Shown piece after piece: positions 10,132-21,800 of a stretch of DNA of 64,000 nucleotides (position 1 is its first letter; every line of letters starts with the position of its first letter). The notes beneath the pieces were generated by a model. That model did not search any database. It was not told the DNA's origin and saw only the letters and a list, made by a program, of their open reading frames with translations. Source of the stretch: Acidobacteriota bacterium. Its GTDB lineage: Bacteria; Acidobacteriota; UBA890; WLXD01. Location: the NCBI GenBank assembly GCA_963666215.2, contig CAXWPL010000001.1, positions 288,001 through 352,000 of the forward strand, written 5' to 3'. Both the position numbers and the translations under genes were made by a program.

Positions 10132-11727
10132 TTGACGACTCCGAACCCGTCGAGAGAGCCCTCCGCATCGTCCAGAGAAGGACGAACCCCGCAGCGCCAA
10201 GGCGCGCGGCAGATCCAGATGGCTCTGCTCGTGCTCATCGTCCTGTGGGCCGGTTGGGTCCGCACCCACGGAATCGCTCGGACCGGCTTCTCTCCCGACG
10301 AGGAGATCACGCGCCTGGCGGTGCAAGCGGTGCGCGACCACGGACTGCCGCAGCTACCGTCCGGGGAAGTTTACGTCCGCGGCATCGCCTACACCTATGC
10401 GGCGTGGGCGGCGGGCTCGATCTTGGGGCACGACCTGCCGAGCTACCGATGGCCGAGCTGGATCTTCGGGTTGGCAACGATGTTGATCATCTTTCTGATC
10501 GCACATCAGTCGGCCGGTCCAGTGGTGGCGCTTGCGGCACTGGCGATGGTCGCGGTCTCCGACAGCCAGATCATGATGTCGAAGTGGGCCCGCTTCTACA
10601 CGCAGTTCCACTTCTTCTATTTCCTCACGCTCCTGCTCGCGATGCGCCGCAACTGGCGAGATTCGCCGCGGCTTCGCCTTGCCGCCGGCGCGTCGATGGT
10701 GATGTGCATCCTCAGCGCTCGACTCGGCGTGACGCTGCTGGCACTGCCCGTGTTCGAGTACCTACGCGGCTGGTGGGGGCGTCGTGGCGCGAGTGACCCA
10801 AGCGACGACGAGTCAGGGCGCACAGGTCTATCGAAGGGCACCGTACTCACGGCGGTTGGCGCCTTCCTCCTGTTTGCCGCGCTCGCCATGGTCGCTCCGC
10901 CGAGCCTTTCTCTACAGCCGGGAGCGTCGGCGATCTACGCCTGGAGGCATTGGCCAGCGAATGTCCTGCTGCTCGCCGCTGTTGCCGCAGCCTATCTCTG
11001 GATGAATCGGCTGCGCCTTTCTCGCCCGGTCGCGCTCTACGGCTGGATGTTGATGACGGGTTTGGTGGCGTTGGACCTCGTCGATCTCGGCCTGGTGCCG
11101 CGATACTTCGATCACCTTCGCCTGGTTTCTTGGTTGCTGCTGCTGCAAATGGCGCACGAGGCGTTCCCTGCCGCCGCCGCCGACGGTCATGGTGTGGCCC
11201 CGCGCCGCGTGTCGGCGGAGACGGTCGCAGTCCTGTTGCTGGCCGTGGCCATGGTAGTTGTCGACAACACCCGAGCTTTCGGCACCGACCCACTTTCGCC
11301 TGCGCCGCTTACCAGCGGGGCGGTGCCCCTGACGATCGACGTCGACGGCTGGCAGCAAGCGAAAGATCTCATCCGGCCAGACGACCTGGTTCTGACCAAC
11401 GACGAGATCGTCGGCGGCCAGATCGCCGGACGCGTTGATTGCTGGATGCTGTCGGAGTTCCACCCAGGCCAGTCCGAGATCCAATTCACCGACGCGGGCC
11501 AGCGCGGCTACTACCGTGGGTCGCCAATCTGCTGGCGACTCGACGTGGAACTGACAGTTGAGCGGCTACAGCCAGGCCGGCGGCTGACGATGCTGCTGGT
11601 CGACTCCGTGAAGAACACGAGTGGCGATTGGGACGACTTGCTCGCCGACCTTGCGTCCCGCGATGAGCTCCTCTCCAGCCGCACGCGCCACGGCTCGTTG
11701 ACACTCTTCCACGTGTCAAGAAACTAG
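10132..11727 (+). CDS. GT-C membrane glycosyltransferase (ArnT/PMT-like)
   Basis: First TM followed by FSPDEE, multiple TMs, and the SKWARFY motif. Confidence 0.7.
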   Translation: MTTPNPSREPSASSREGRTPQRQGARQIQMALLVLIVLWAGWVRTHGIARTGFSPDEEITRLAVQAVRDHGLPQLPSGEVYVRGIAYTYAAWAAGSILGHDLPSYRWPSWIFGLATMLIIFLIAHQSAGPVVALAALAMVAVSDSQIMMSKWARFYTQFHFFYFLTLLLAMRRNWRDSPRLRLAAGASMVMCILSARLGVTLLALPVFEYLRGWWGRRGASDPSDDESGRTGLSKGTVLTAVGAFLLFAALAMVAPPSLSLQPGASAIYAWRHWPANVLLLAAVAAAYLWMNRLRLSRPVALYGWMLMTGLVALDLVDLGLVPRYFDHLRLVSWLLLLQMAHEAFPAAAADGHGVAPRRVSAETVAVLLLAVAMVVVDNTRAFGTDPLSPAPLTSGAVPLTIDVDGWQQAKDLIRPDDLVLTNDEIVGGQIAGRVDCWMLSEFHPGQSEIQFTDAGQRGYYRGSPICWRLDVELTVERLQPGRRLTMLLVDSVKNTSGDWDDLLADLASRDELLSSRTRHGSLTLFHVSRN

Positions 11728-11856
11728 CCGGGGCGGCGGCCAGGACCGCGAAGGCCCCGATCGCGCCGCCGGCCAGTTGCAATTCTCGTGTCGATCCCAT
11801 ACGACGGGCGCATCACGTCAGTTGAGCACTACTGTTGATGTACTCGGGAGACCCTG

Positions 11857-12792
11857 ATGGGCATGTCCAGACGCATGGCGTTCGTTCTGATTCTGCTGGC
11901 GGGAGCGGCGGCTCTCACGTTTTCTCCAGCCCAGCACCTGGCCGGAGCGACGGTCGTCACCGACTACAGCGACGTCGACGCGGCGGCGATACTGGAAGAG
12001 TGGATCGACAGCAAGAACCTCTCGGGAATGGGCGACACGTCGGCGATGGTCGCGGCGGCGAACGAGAGCCCATCCATGCTCTACGCAACGGCGTACTCCG
12101 GCCTCGGCGACTCCACGCGTTCGCGGCTGTACAAGATCAACCTCGACACTCAAGAAGCTGAGTTGCTCAGATTGATCCCCTTCGATCGGGTGAGCGCGAT
12201 GGCCTACAACCCGCGGGACGGCTTTCTGTACGCGATCGGTCGTCCCGACAACCCGATTGACAACAAGGCGGTGCTGATTCGGATCGATCCGGCGACCGGC
12301 AAGGCCGTCAAGGAAACGTCGATCCGCAAGAACGTGGTCGACCAGTACTACACGCTGTACGCCTCCGACATGCTGTTCGCCAAGGAAGGCCGCGGCTTTC
12401 CTGTGCGAGTCCAAGACGCGCAAGAGGGCTTCTTCTCCTTGCGGCGGCGAGGTGCCGCTCGACAGCTCGACAAGGGCACCTCTCCCTCGGGCTCCGCACT
12501 GGCGCGACGCACGAACGGTCGGAAGTACCTGCGGTTCACCAACACAGAGCTGCAGATACTGACCAAGCAGGGTTATCAGATCAATACGAAGCCGCTCACA
12601 TGCGAAGCTGGCGGAAGTGCGCGGGCCACCGCAGCTGTGAACTGCAACAGGCGGATCTTCGTCGTGGTCACCAACGACTTCGGTGGGGGCTCGCCCTCGA
12701 CGCTCGGCGAGCTCGACCAGGCCGCCGGGAAGGTGAACACGCTCTTCGAGTTGCCCGAGCACTTCGAGTCGCTCGCCTGCTGCCCCGAGTAG
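11857..12792 (+). CDS. Secreted beta-rich (propeller-like) hypothetical protein
   Basis: Signal peptide. Repeats such as SRLYKINLDT, MAYNPRDGFLYAI and LIRIDPATG. Confidence 0.7.
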   Translation: MGMSRRMAFVLILLAGAAALTFSPAQHLAGATVVTDYSDVDAAAILEEWIDSKNLSGMGDTSAMVAAANESPSMLYATAYSGLGDSTRSRLYKINLDTQEAELLRLIPFDRVSAMAYNPRDGFLYAIGRPDNPIDNKAVLIRIDPATGKAVKETSIRKNVVDQYYTLYASDMLFAKEGRGFPVRVQDAQEGFFSLRRRGAARQLDKGTSPSGSALARRTNGRKYLRFTNTELQILTKQGYQINTKPLTCEAGGSARATAAVNCNRRIFVVVTNDFGGGSPSTLGELDQAAGKVNTLFELPEHFESLACCPE

Positions 12793-12893
12793 CACAAGGC
12801 AAGCCTGACACCAGCCCATCGGGCCGCCAGGTACAAGACCCACCGAAGTCGACTGCCGCCCGACTAGCCCACAGCGCGCCTGGCGCTCGCTGG

Positions 12894-15800
12894 CTACCGC
12901 CCCGAAGAAAGGTGCGCGCGGATGGCCGCGATGAAGCGTGGCACGGTCTCCCAAACGTCTCCGACGATGGGGTGAACGAGTGGCCGCGCGCGCTGCTCAT
13001 TGAGCCGCATCAGAGGCGCGGCCGGATCGATATTGAACGACAAGATCGTGGCGCGCTCGCCGATGTAGTCGACGTGCTGCGGCGCTCCTGAGACAGCAAG
13101 CGCGATGATCAGCCGCGGGTTAACGGCGAAGCCCGTCTGCCCGATCTGCCGGTCCATCGGCAGCAGCTCCAGGTCTTGAGTGACCTTGCGGGTGGCCCCG
13201 ATCATCACGCCCGGCAGGCCGAGCTCGTCGGCCAGCAGCTTGCGCAGCGGCTCGGCGAGTTGATCGATGCCGTCACGCCCGCCGGCACCGTAGCCGAAGT
13301 CGATGATGACCTCGGCGTCGGCAATCGACGTGTCGCCGGCGCCGAGTCGCGAGAGCAGCGTGGCAACGGGGTCGTCGGCAACACAATAGTCGAGCCGCGG
13401 CGACCAGTAGAACACCTGGCTGTCGGCCGAGCCGGGCATGGCGTACGAGGCACGGCCGAGGTCAACCTGCACGGACCGCCCCAGGGTGACCACTCGGAGT
13501 CCCTCACGCTGCTGGGGGGGCAGGCTGACGGCGGCAGCAGCGGCGCCGCCGTAGATAGGCGTCGCTAGTTGCACGCCGCGGCCCGCGGCGGACGCGTTGG
13601 GTCCGCTCGCTGCGCCGGAGCCGGCGGACAAGGGATCGTTCGCGATCGACTCGACGTTGAACCAGCTCCAACTCTGACGCCGCCCTGCACCCGGCGGCGC
13701 CGAGGCCATCAGACGAGAGAACAGCTCGTTCATCCAGCTCGTTCCCACCAGCCACTGCGGGCTGCCGCGATACATCGCCCACAGCTCTTCGAGCCACTCC
13801 AAGTGACCCGCGGCGCCGAAGCTGGCCATGCCATCGGCGGCGACTACGTAGATCCGTCGCGGTTCGGCGATCGCAGCCGCCCCGCCGGCAATCGCCGCCG
13901 CAGCCTCTTCGGCGCCGTCGATCGGCAGCACCAGATCGAGCGGCAGCCCTACGCCGTCTGCCAGCTGAGCGGCGGCGTGCAACTCCGGGCGTGCGCCCTG
14001 CCATAGCACGTCACCGAGGCTGGGCTCGCCGACGTAGATGCAGCTCGGGTCGGTATCGGTGGGCTGCTCACCAAAGCTCAGCAGGCGTCCACCGTAGGGA
14101 GAAACCACCTCGGAGGAGCTTCCGCCCCCGACCTGCGCGACCACGCGCTGCACAACGGCAGCCGCCTGCTCGGGAGTTGTCGCAAGCCCGCCGGCCACGG
14201 CATCCCCGTTGCTCCTGTTCAGTGACGAGACCCGCAGCCGATGGATCACGTGCGCCGACTCAGCGTCGGGAACAAGCGCCCGCATCGATAGGGTCTCGAT
14301 CTCGGCTGTCGACGCCCGCAGCAGCGCCGGCAACCGGTACTGCAACTCGCTGCCAGCATCACCGGCCATACCGAGCACGGCGGGCAACGCCTGCTTCAGG
14401 GCCGAGCCCTGCCACCCTGATCTGGAAACCTCGAGCGACGGCTCACCACCTGACGACCAACCCACTGTCTCGACCTGCGCGTGCACCGAAGAGCCGAGCA
14501 GCGTGGCCAGATACGGAGCAAGCAATCCTTGTTCGGTATCGGCGGCGCGGTCGCCGCAGAGCACGAGATCGGCCGGCTCGAGTCGAAGCGCAGCGGCGAG
14601 GGCGTCGGCAATAAAGCGCGGATCGTGGGCCACAGCGGCTGGATCGCCAAACGGCGCCGCACCGTTGCCATCGCCGACGCCATCCGCTGTTTCGCCCGGC
14701 TCGATGCTCACCGCGCGATCCACCCCCAGCGCCAGCGCTTCGCGGAGCAACGTCGTCGCTGGTGTGCCTGCGACCGCGTAGGCAACCACCTCCACTCGCG
14801 CAGCATCTCGCGACTTGAGGCGTAGCGCCTCGGCGAGCCCGGCGCGATCGGCGGCGCTCAAGGTGTACATGGGCTCGGCGAATCCAGCGTTGTCGACGCG
14901 CGGCCGCGGGGCAGGCATCGGCACCGGCTTGAGCAGCACCGCGATGCGAACCGGTGCTGCAAGCGGCGCATGGATCGGCCCAGGGACCAGACGCTTCGGC
15001 ATCAGGCCCCAGCCCTCGGTGCGTGTCCCATGCTCCTCGAGCGAGAGGTATCCGAGTTGCAGCTCCGGGGGCCGCGCATTGCGTTCCAGGTACTCGAAGG
15101 AGCTGCGGTAGCGGCGCTCCAGCGTGGCGATCCGCGCCAGCGCCCGGCGCACGAACACCCGGGCCGCGCGCTCGACACACTGCCGGTGCTCGGCCTCTAC
15201 CTGATGTCGAACACACCACGACAAGCGATAGAGCACGGCGTCGATGACCTTCGTGAGACCGGCAATCTCGGGCAGTCGGAACATGCACGGCTGCAGCCCC
15301 ACGTTGGCCCAGATCTGTTGATCGAAACGCCGGACCGCCTCCACGAGGAGCTCGCGCAGAGTCGACTTGGCACGCTCCAGCGCGGCGACGAGGTCGGCGG
15401 CGTCATCGAGGCTCGGCGGCTCGTCGACACCGCTCGACGCCGCCTGGTTTCCTGCATCGGCCGCTTCGTCCCACGACGGCAGAACACGCTGCACCAGGTC
15501 TTTGAGGAGCAGGAACCGCTGCACCTCGTTGGTGCCCTCATAGATGTTGAGCACGCGCGCGTCGCGCCGCGTCTTCTCGATACGATGCAGATGGGTTTGC
15601 CCCTCGAGACCGCGTAGCCGCTCCATCCAGTCGATGACGTCGTGCTCCGCCTCCGAGCCGTAGTACTTGCCGATGGCCGACTCCATACGCACGCTCTCGG
15701 TGTGCTTGTTGTCGAGCAGGCCCACGAGCTCGTAGGTGGTGCCGGCGGTTGCCATCAGCTCATCGGCAACTCGCCCCATCCAGTAGAGATCGAGTGGTCT

Positions 15801-18800
15801 GGCATCTGCAGGGCCGGTCCGATCAGAGTCGCCATGCTCCAGGCGGTCGGCCTCGCCAACCCCTTCCACCTGACTCTTTCTGGAAAGCAGCAGCTCACGC
15901 GCGTCTTCGACCATCTCCTGGATCGTGGCGTGCGTCGTCACCGCCAGCCCGGCGCGGCCCGTGTTGAGCGTTTCGAGCGCATTCACCTGCCCGCGGCCGC
16001 GGAAGCCGATGATGCCCTCACGCGGCACACGCACGTTATTGAACGACAGCTCATTGGTCGGCGAGCCCCTCTGTCCGAGCTTCTCCTCGTCGGCGCCCAC
16101 CACCAGGCCCTCGGCGTGGCGATCGACCATGAATCCGGTCACGCCTTCGGGCTCGGTGCGTGCGTAGAGCGCCATGCAATGCGAAAAGCGCCCGTTGGTG
16201 ATCCACATCTTCGAGCCGTTGAGCACCCAGAACTCGTATGTCAGTTGGCCTTCGACCTGACGGAGCTGGGCGATATCGGTGAAGTCGACCCGCCGGTCAC
16301 CATGCATGTAGAACCGCATGCGGTCGGGCGCATCTTTGTCGTAGTCGTAGTCGCTGTGATCGATCACCGCCGGATCTGCCTCGTCCGAATAACGGTAGAG
16401 AATGCGATGGTCGTCGTAGTCGAACTCGAGACGTTCGGCGTCGACCAGATTGCGGCGATCCGACTGGCCGTCTTCGTCGACGAAGAAGTGCAGCGACCCG
16501 TCGTCGTCGCGATGCACCCGGCGGCTCTCCAGACGGGCGAACGTCTTGACGCCGCCGGAGTCGGACCCGGCGGTCGGCTCGGTGAGCGCAAAAGCCGAGA
16601 TGTAGCCGGCCGAGATGAACTGCAGAAACTGCTCGTGGGCGAGCTCGCGACGCGGATACTCGGCAAGCCGATTGGCGGCTCCGTCGACGATGTCGCCGAG
16701 GAGATCCCGCGCCTCGCGAAGATGAGCCTCGAAGCCATCGATATCCCGCCGTTGGCCGGCGCGACCGGCGGCGAAGAAGGCTCGTAGAAAGCCACCGCCC
16801 AGATACTTGAGTACTGTCGACTTCACGACCCGTTTGCGCACCATGCCCATGAGCTCGGTGTAGTCGGCCGTGAGTTGCACGAGGTTCGGGCGCCGCATGG
16901 CGGCGATCAGCCGATCGACTCCGTCGCGGATGTCGCCAAGCAGCTCCGGGCTGCTGCGCACCTTCTCGAGCTCGGCCCGGGCCCTAGGCAGATCCTGCTC
17001 CATGCCAATGAGTACGGGGGTGGTGCCGATACTGGTGTTGGCCATGATCGCCAGCGACAACGCCGCGTCGCCGTAGCGGCCGATCAGCTTGCAAAGAACG
17101 TAGTACTCGGCCTTCAGCGCACCCCCGCCGCCGAGACGTTTAGGTATCGGCATGCGCATGAATCCGCGCTCGACCATGTAGTCGAGATCGACTTGCGGAA
17201 TGCGATGCAGCTTCTCGAGGTAGCGGTTGTAACTCAGACCCTCGAAGCTCGGCTCAACGAAGCGCGCCCGCAGCTCGCCCTCCAGTTCCTTCCAGTAGGA
17301 CGACAAGCCCGGATCGTTGTACAGAACCTCCGGGACGTAGCGCAGATGATCCGGGTCGAACGGCTCGACGAGCCAGGCTCCCGATCGATACTCGCGGTCT
17401 TCTGTACAGATCACGTCATAGCGTTCGGCGCTGGCGATGTTCGCGGCGCGCAGCTCGCCTTGGTCAAGCAGTTCCTCGCCGATGGCAACGGTCTCGGCCA
17501 GCAACGCGGCTTCGTCGGGGAGATTCGGCACTTCTGCCGCCAGCCGTTCAACCCACAACTTCGCCGCCTCGAGCGTTGCCTCGGCCGGTAGGCCTGCGTC
17601 GAGGCGCCAGAGAGCCCGCAGCAGGCATGCTTTGGCGCCCAATATGCGCACCACCGCGCCGCCTACCAGTTGCTGCAACGGTTCCTCTACCTCGCCTTTG
17701 CCTCGGACTGTTGCCGCCGCGATCGCACGCGCGATGGCGCTGGCGTCCACACCGGCCGCCCACGTTTCCACGATCTCGACCGCTTCCCGGAATCGCTCCA
17801 CGGTGATCGCGAACAACGGCTGGGCGGCGCCGAGCTCGAGCCACCACAGTTCGGCGTCGGACAGCGGTACCAGCCGCTCACCGTCCTCGACCGCGAGCAG
17901 GCGATCGCGGCCGACCTGCACGCGGAGAGCGTCGTCGTGCGCGATGAGAAAGCGGAACGGGCTGCTGTCGCGGTAGTACTTCGCAATAACGTCGTCTTCG
18001 GAGAAGGCGGTTCCGCCGAAGATCTGCCCGGCGTTGTAGGAGAAAGAGCCGAGCGCCGGTCCGAAAGCCTCGGCCGCAAGTACCTTGGCGGCGGGGGCGC
18101 CGGAGCACCTGCTGCCGGTGGCAGGGTTGTGCAGTGTCAGCGCCTCCACCAGATAGCGCTGCGCCTCCATCTCGGCGAGCAGTTGCTTAACGGCGCCGAA
18201 CTTGGCGATGGTGTCGCGGCCGGCCTCGTCTTCGAACGTTCCTGGGAACTGCACCCGGCCGCTGGCGTGGTCGCGAGCGCGGCCGAGAAGGTACTCGCCG
18301 GCGCCGCGCACAATCGCCAGCATGTCGCGTAGCGTGACGTCAATCAGGTCGGCCGCCGGCTCGCCGGCCACCGGCTGCTGCGCGGCGCGAGGGTCGCAGC
18401 CGGCTTCGAGCGACGGCAAAGCGATAACGTCGGCCGCCTCGACTTCATAGCCGTCGAAGCGCACTTGGCGGATGCCCGCACCCATCAGGCCGATCGTGCC
18501 AACATCGCGAACCTCCAACCGAGGGCCCGGCTGCTCGAGGTCGACGAGATAGGCCTTGTTGTCGTGGACCGCGACCAGCCGTGAGGCCAGCGCCAGCGGC
18601 ACGAAATTGAGCTCGCCGTGGAGGGTCGTGACGGTGGAGCTCTCGACTCGCAGCCAACCCTGATGAGCGCAGGCGGCCCACTTGCCACCGTCCCCGAGCG
18701 ACGGCGACGCGCCCTCGGACTTGTTCATCAGGTCCAAGGCTTGCAAATGCGAGGCAGCGAGCCAAGCGATGGCAGGGTCGGCGCGGGCTAGCTCTTCGAG

Positions 18801-21800
18801 AAGCACATCCCGGAAGCCGAATGCCGGAGTCGCGGGCTCGCCAGTTCCGCCCGGCTCGCGCCCGGCTCGTTCCGCCTCGGCGACGTTCTGACGTAGCCAT
18901 TCACGCTGCGCCTCTGTAGGCGCCTCGCCGTGCTCGAGTGCGCGCACCGCCTGGCTGCCAAAAAGCGACTCGCAGTCGGCGCGCAGCGTTTTGCGCCTGC
19001 TGGCGAGGCGCATCGGTTGCGCCTCGATCTCCCGCCAAGCCTGCGACCAGCGCCAGCGCTCGATGCGCTGAACGGCGGGGCTCGCAGCCGAACCGTAGGG
19101 CGCATCATCGGCGGCTTCCAGGAATTCGGTCGACGAGCTGGCGCCAACCGACTCGAACGTATCGAGCAGCGCATGCAGGCCCACGAAATGATGTTCGCGC
19201 AGCTGCTTGCCGAGCACCTCGGCCCAAAACGGCCTGCCCTGCTCGGCGTGTCCACGGAGCTCATCGAAGCGTTCGGTGGCGTCGTCCCACAGTGTGATCG
19301 CCGCTTCGCCTGCGAGCTCGCGCTCGGACGCCAGCGAATCGTCGCGCCACGCCTCGCGCGCTTCCGCGAACGCCGCACGCGCAGCATCGAGGAGTCCGCT
19401 GAGCTGCGCGCGGCCGCTGGGCTCGAGCGTCAGCGGCGCGGCCGCGAGCGCGTCGCCGTAGGCCTCGAGCGACGCTGCCGAGCGCTCCACACAGGCCCGA
19501 ACCGCCTGCAGCGGCAGCCGGCGGGCGGCGGGCGCTTCCGATCGAGCCTGCGACGCAAGCGGGCTCCAGTTGCGAGTCCAGTGGGGTGATGTCGATGTCG
19601 ATGTCGATGTCGACAAGGAGGCAGAGTCGACGGGAACCCGCGCCTGCGGCTCCGGGCGCTGCACAAGATAGTCATGCAACATCCGCTGAGCCGGACCGTA
19701 GGTCTGGTACACCAGCCGGTGTGGGGTGGCGCGGCTCCAGTGAACGTCGCCGGTGGCACGCCAACAGGCCTCGCACTTGATGCAGTTCTCGAAGTTCACC
19801 ACCACGCCCGGCATGCCGGCGCTGTTGCGACGGACCTCGTAGACCTTCGCCGGGCACACGTTCCACAACACCGAGTCTGCGAGCTTGGCCCTCGCGCCGA
19901 TGGGCTCGGGCCACAGCACCTTGATGTGCGAGTGGTGGCCCTCTCGATAGCTGATGGTGCCGAGCCTTTCCTCGTAGCTCGTCGTGTGACGCACGGTGTC
20001 GTCGTCGAGGCGGATGCGCTCGAGGTTTTCTTCTACGAGCTGGTTGGCGAACTGGCGGCGATACGCCGACCGATCCCACTTCAGCACGCCGAACTGCACC
20101 ATCTCGACCAGCCACTGGACGACAACGGTCAGCAGTAGCCCAACTCCGAGCGCTGCTGCCGCCAGCAGATCCCAAATCGCCACCTGCGCCGCGAACAGGC
20201 GCGCTGCTGTGCGCAGCTTGTCGCCGACGTCGCGATCGTCGTTGCGATAGATCGTCGAAAACGCCTCGGCCAGGGCCGGGCCGAAGCGCCGCCAGTACCA
20301 GCCGAACAACCAGGGAACACGGCCAGCTTCTTCGTCGCCGCCCATCACCCGGAACATGGCGCGCAGTCGCGCGCCCTGTGCGTCGATCGCCTCGCTGATG
20401 CCTGTACCCGGGCGTACAGTGCCGGCGAGCGGCTCGCCGCAAGCGCTGGAGCCCACGGCCGAACGCCGGCGATCGGGAAAGAAGGCTGCCAGCGTGTTGA
20501 TGAAGGCGCTGGCGAGGTTTCTTGGCGTCACAGCGGCCCGAACCAGGCCAGCGACACCGATCGTGCGCGAAAGGTCGGCGACGTCGGCCAGAATCGGCTT
20601 GCGCTTGCGCCAGGGCAGCGCCCGCCGCAGAAGGCGCACAAGCTGCCACCATCGACGCACACCGGAGCGGTTACGGCGCGACAGCACGAACGCCGAGTTG
20701 TTGATCACGTCGAGCTGACGCTCGAAGAACATCTGCGTGCGCTCGACGTAGCCCGGCCAGTCCTTCAGATACTCGACATTGCGGTAGTAGTGGCTCGCGT
20801 GCAGCTCTTTCAGGTACGTGCGCTGCAGCGCCGCCGCTGTGTACGGCGAAGCCGCGGGATCGAGTCCCCCTCCGCCGCCACCCCGACTCCGCGGCCCGCC
20901 GTTCTCAGCGGCAATCGCCTGCACCGCGCGGGCGAAGTACAGCCCCATCGCGGTGGCCGGGCCGGTGAAGTTCGGATACGGAAAATCGAGACCGATTCCG
21001 CTCGCGGCGCCACCGATGGCCAGACCATCGTCGACCATGCGAGGGACCTCCCGAAGACCGCCACCGCGGATGATCTTGGCGCCGTAGGAGCTCACGGTCC
21101 CGCCGTCGATCAGCTTGGCGATCTCGGGCAACGCCTTGAACCACTCCATCAGCAGGTTGTGGTCGCCCTGGAAGTTCTCTTTCAGATTGTCGAGCGGCAG
21201 CACGAAGCCGAGCGAGATGCTGTCGGCGTTGGTGTACAGGAAGCCGCCCATGTTGAGGCGCGCCGTGCGGCCGTTGCGCGTGGCGTTGCGCAGCAACATC
21301 TCGTACGCCGCACCATGTCCCTCCCCTTCGCCGAGCCCGAACCGGCGATCGATCTCGTCGGCCGGGAGCGAGATCACCTCCTTCACGCCCTGCAGGAAGT
21401 GCGGCGCTCCGTGCGCCTGCTCCTCGGGAGAGACACGCTCGTAACCCTCCTGGGTCACCAGATGCGACGCATCGCCCTCGGCGAGAAAAACCACGTCGGC
21501 GTACGCCGGCCCACGCTCGGTGTGGACACCGATCACGCGTCCGCGATGACGGATCAGGCTCTGCACGGTGGTCTCGCAGGCCAGCACCACGCCATGCTCG
21601 CGCGCTACCTCGGCAAGATAGCGGTCATAAACCGGTCGCAGGACGGTGTAGCAGGAGTTGTAGACGCTGGCGCCGCGGACCGTAGCGCCGAGCAGCGTGT
21701 GCCCGTTGTAGAGAAAGGCGCCACGCTCGATGAGCCGCCGCTCGTAGGGTGCCGCCTCGACGGCCTCCCGGCCGAAAGCCTCTTCGTGCTCGAGGTTCTC

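Noticed and set aside
19588-19611. Hexamer repeat as a phase-variation switch
   Set aside because: The unit is a multiple of 3, so it only changes linker length.
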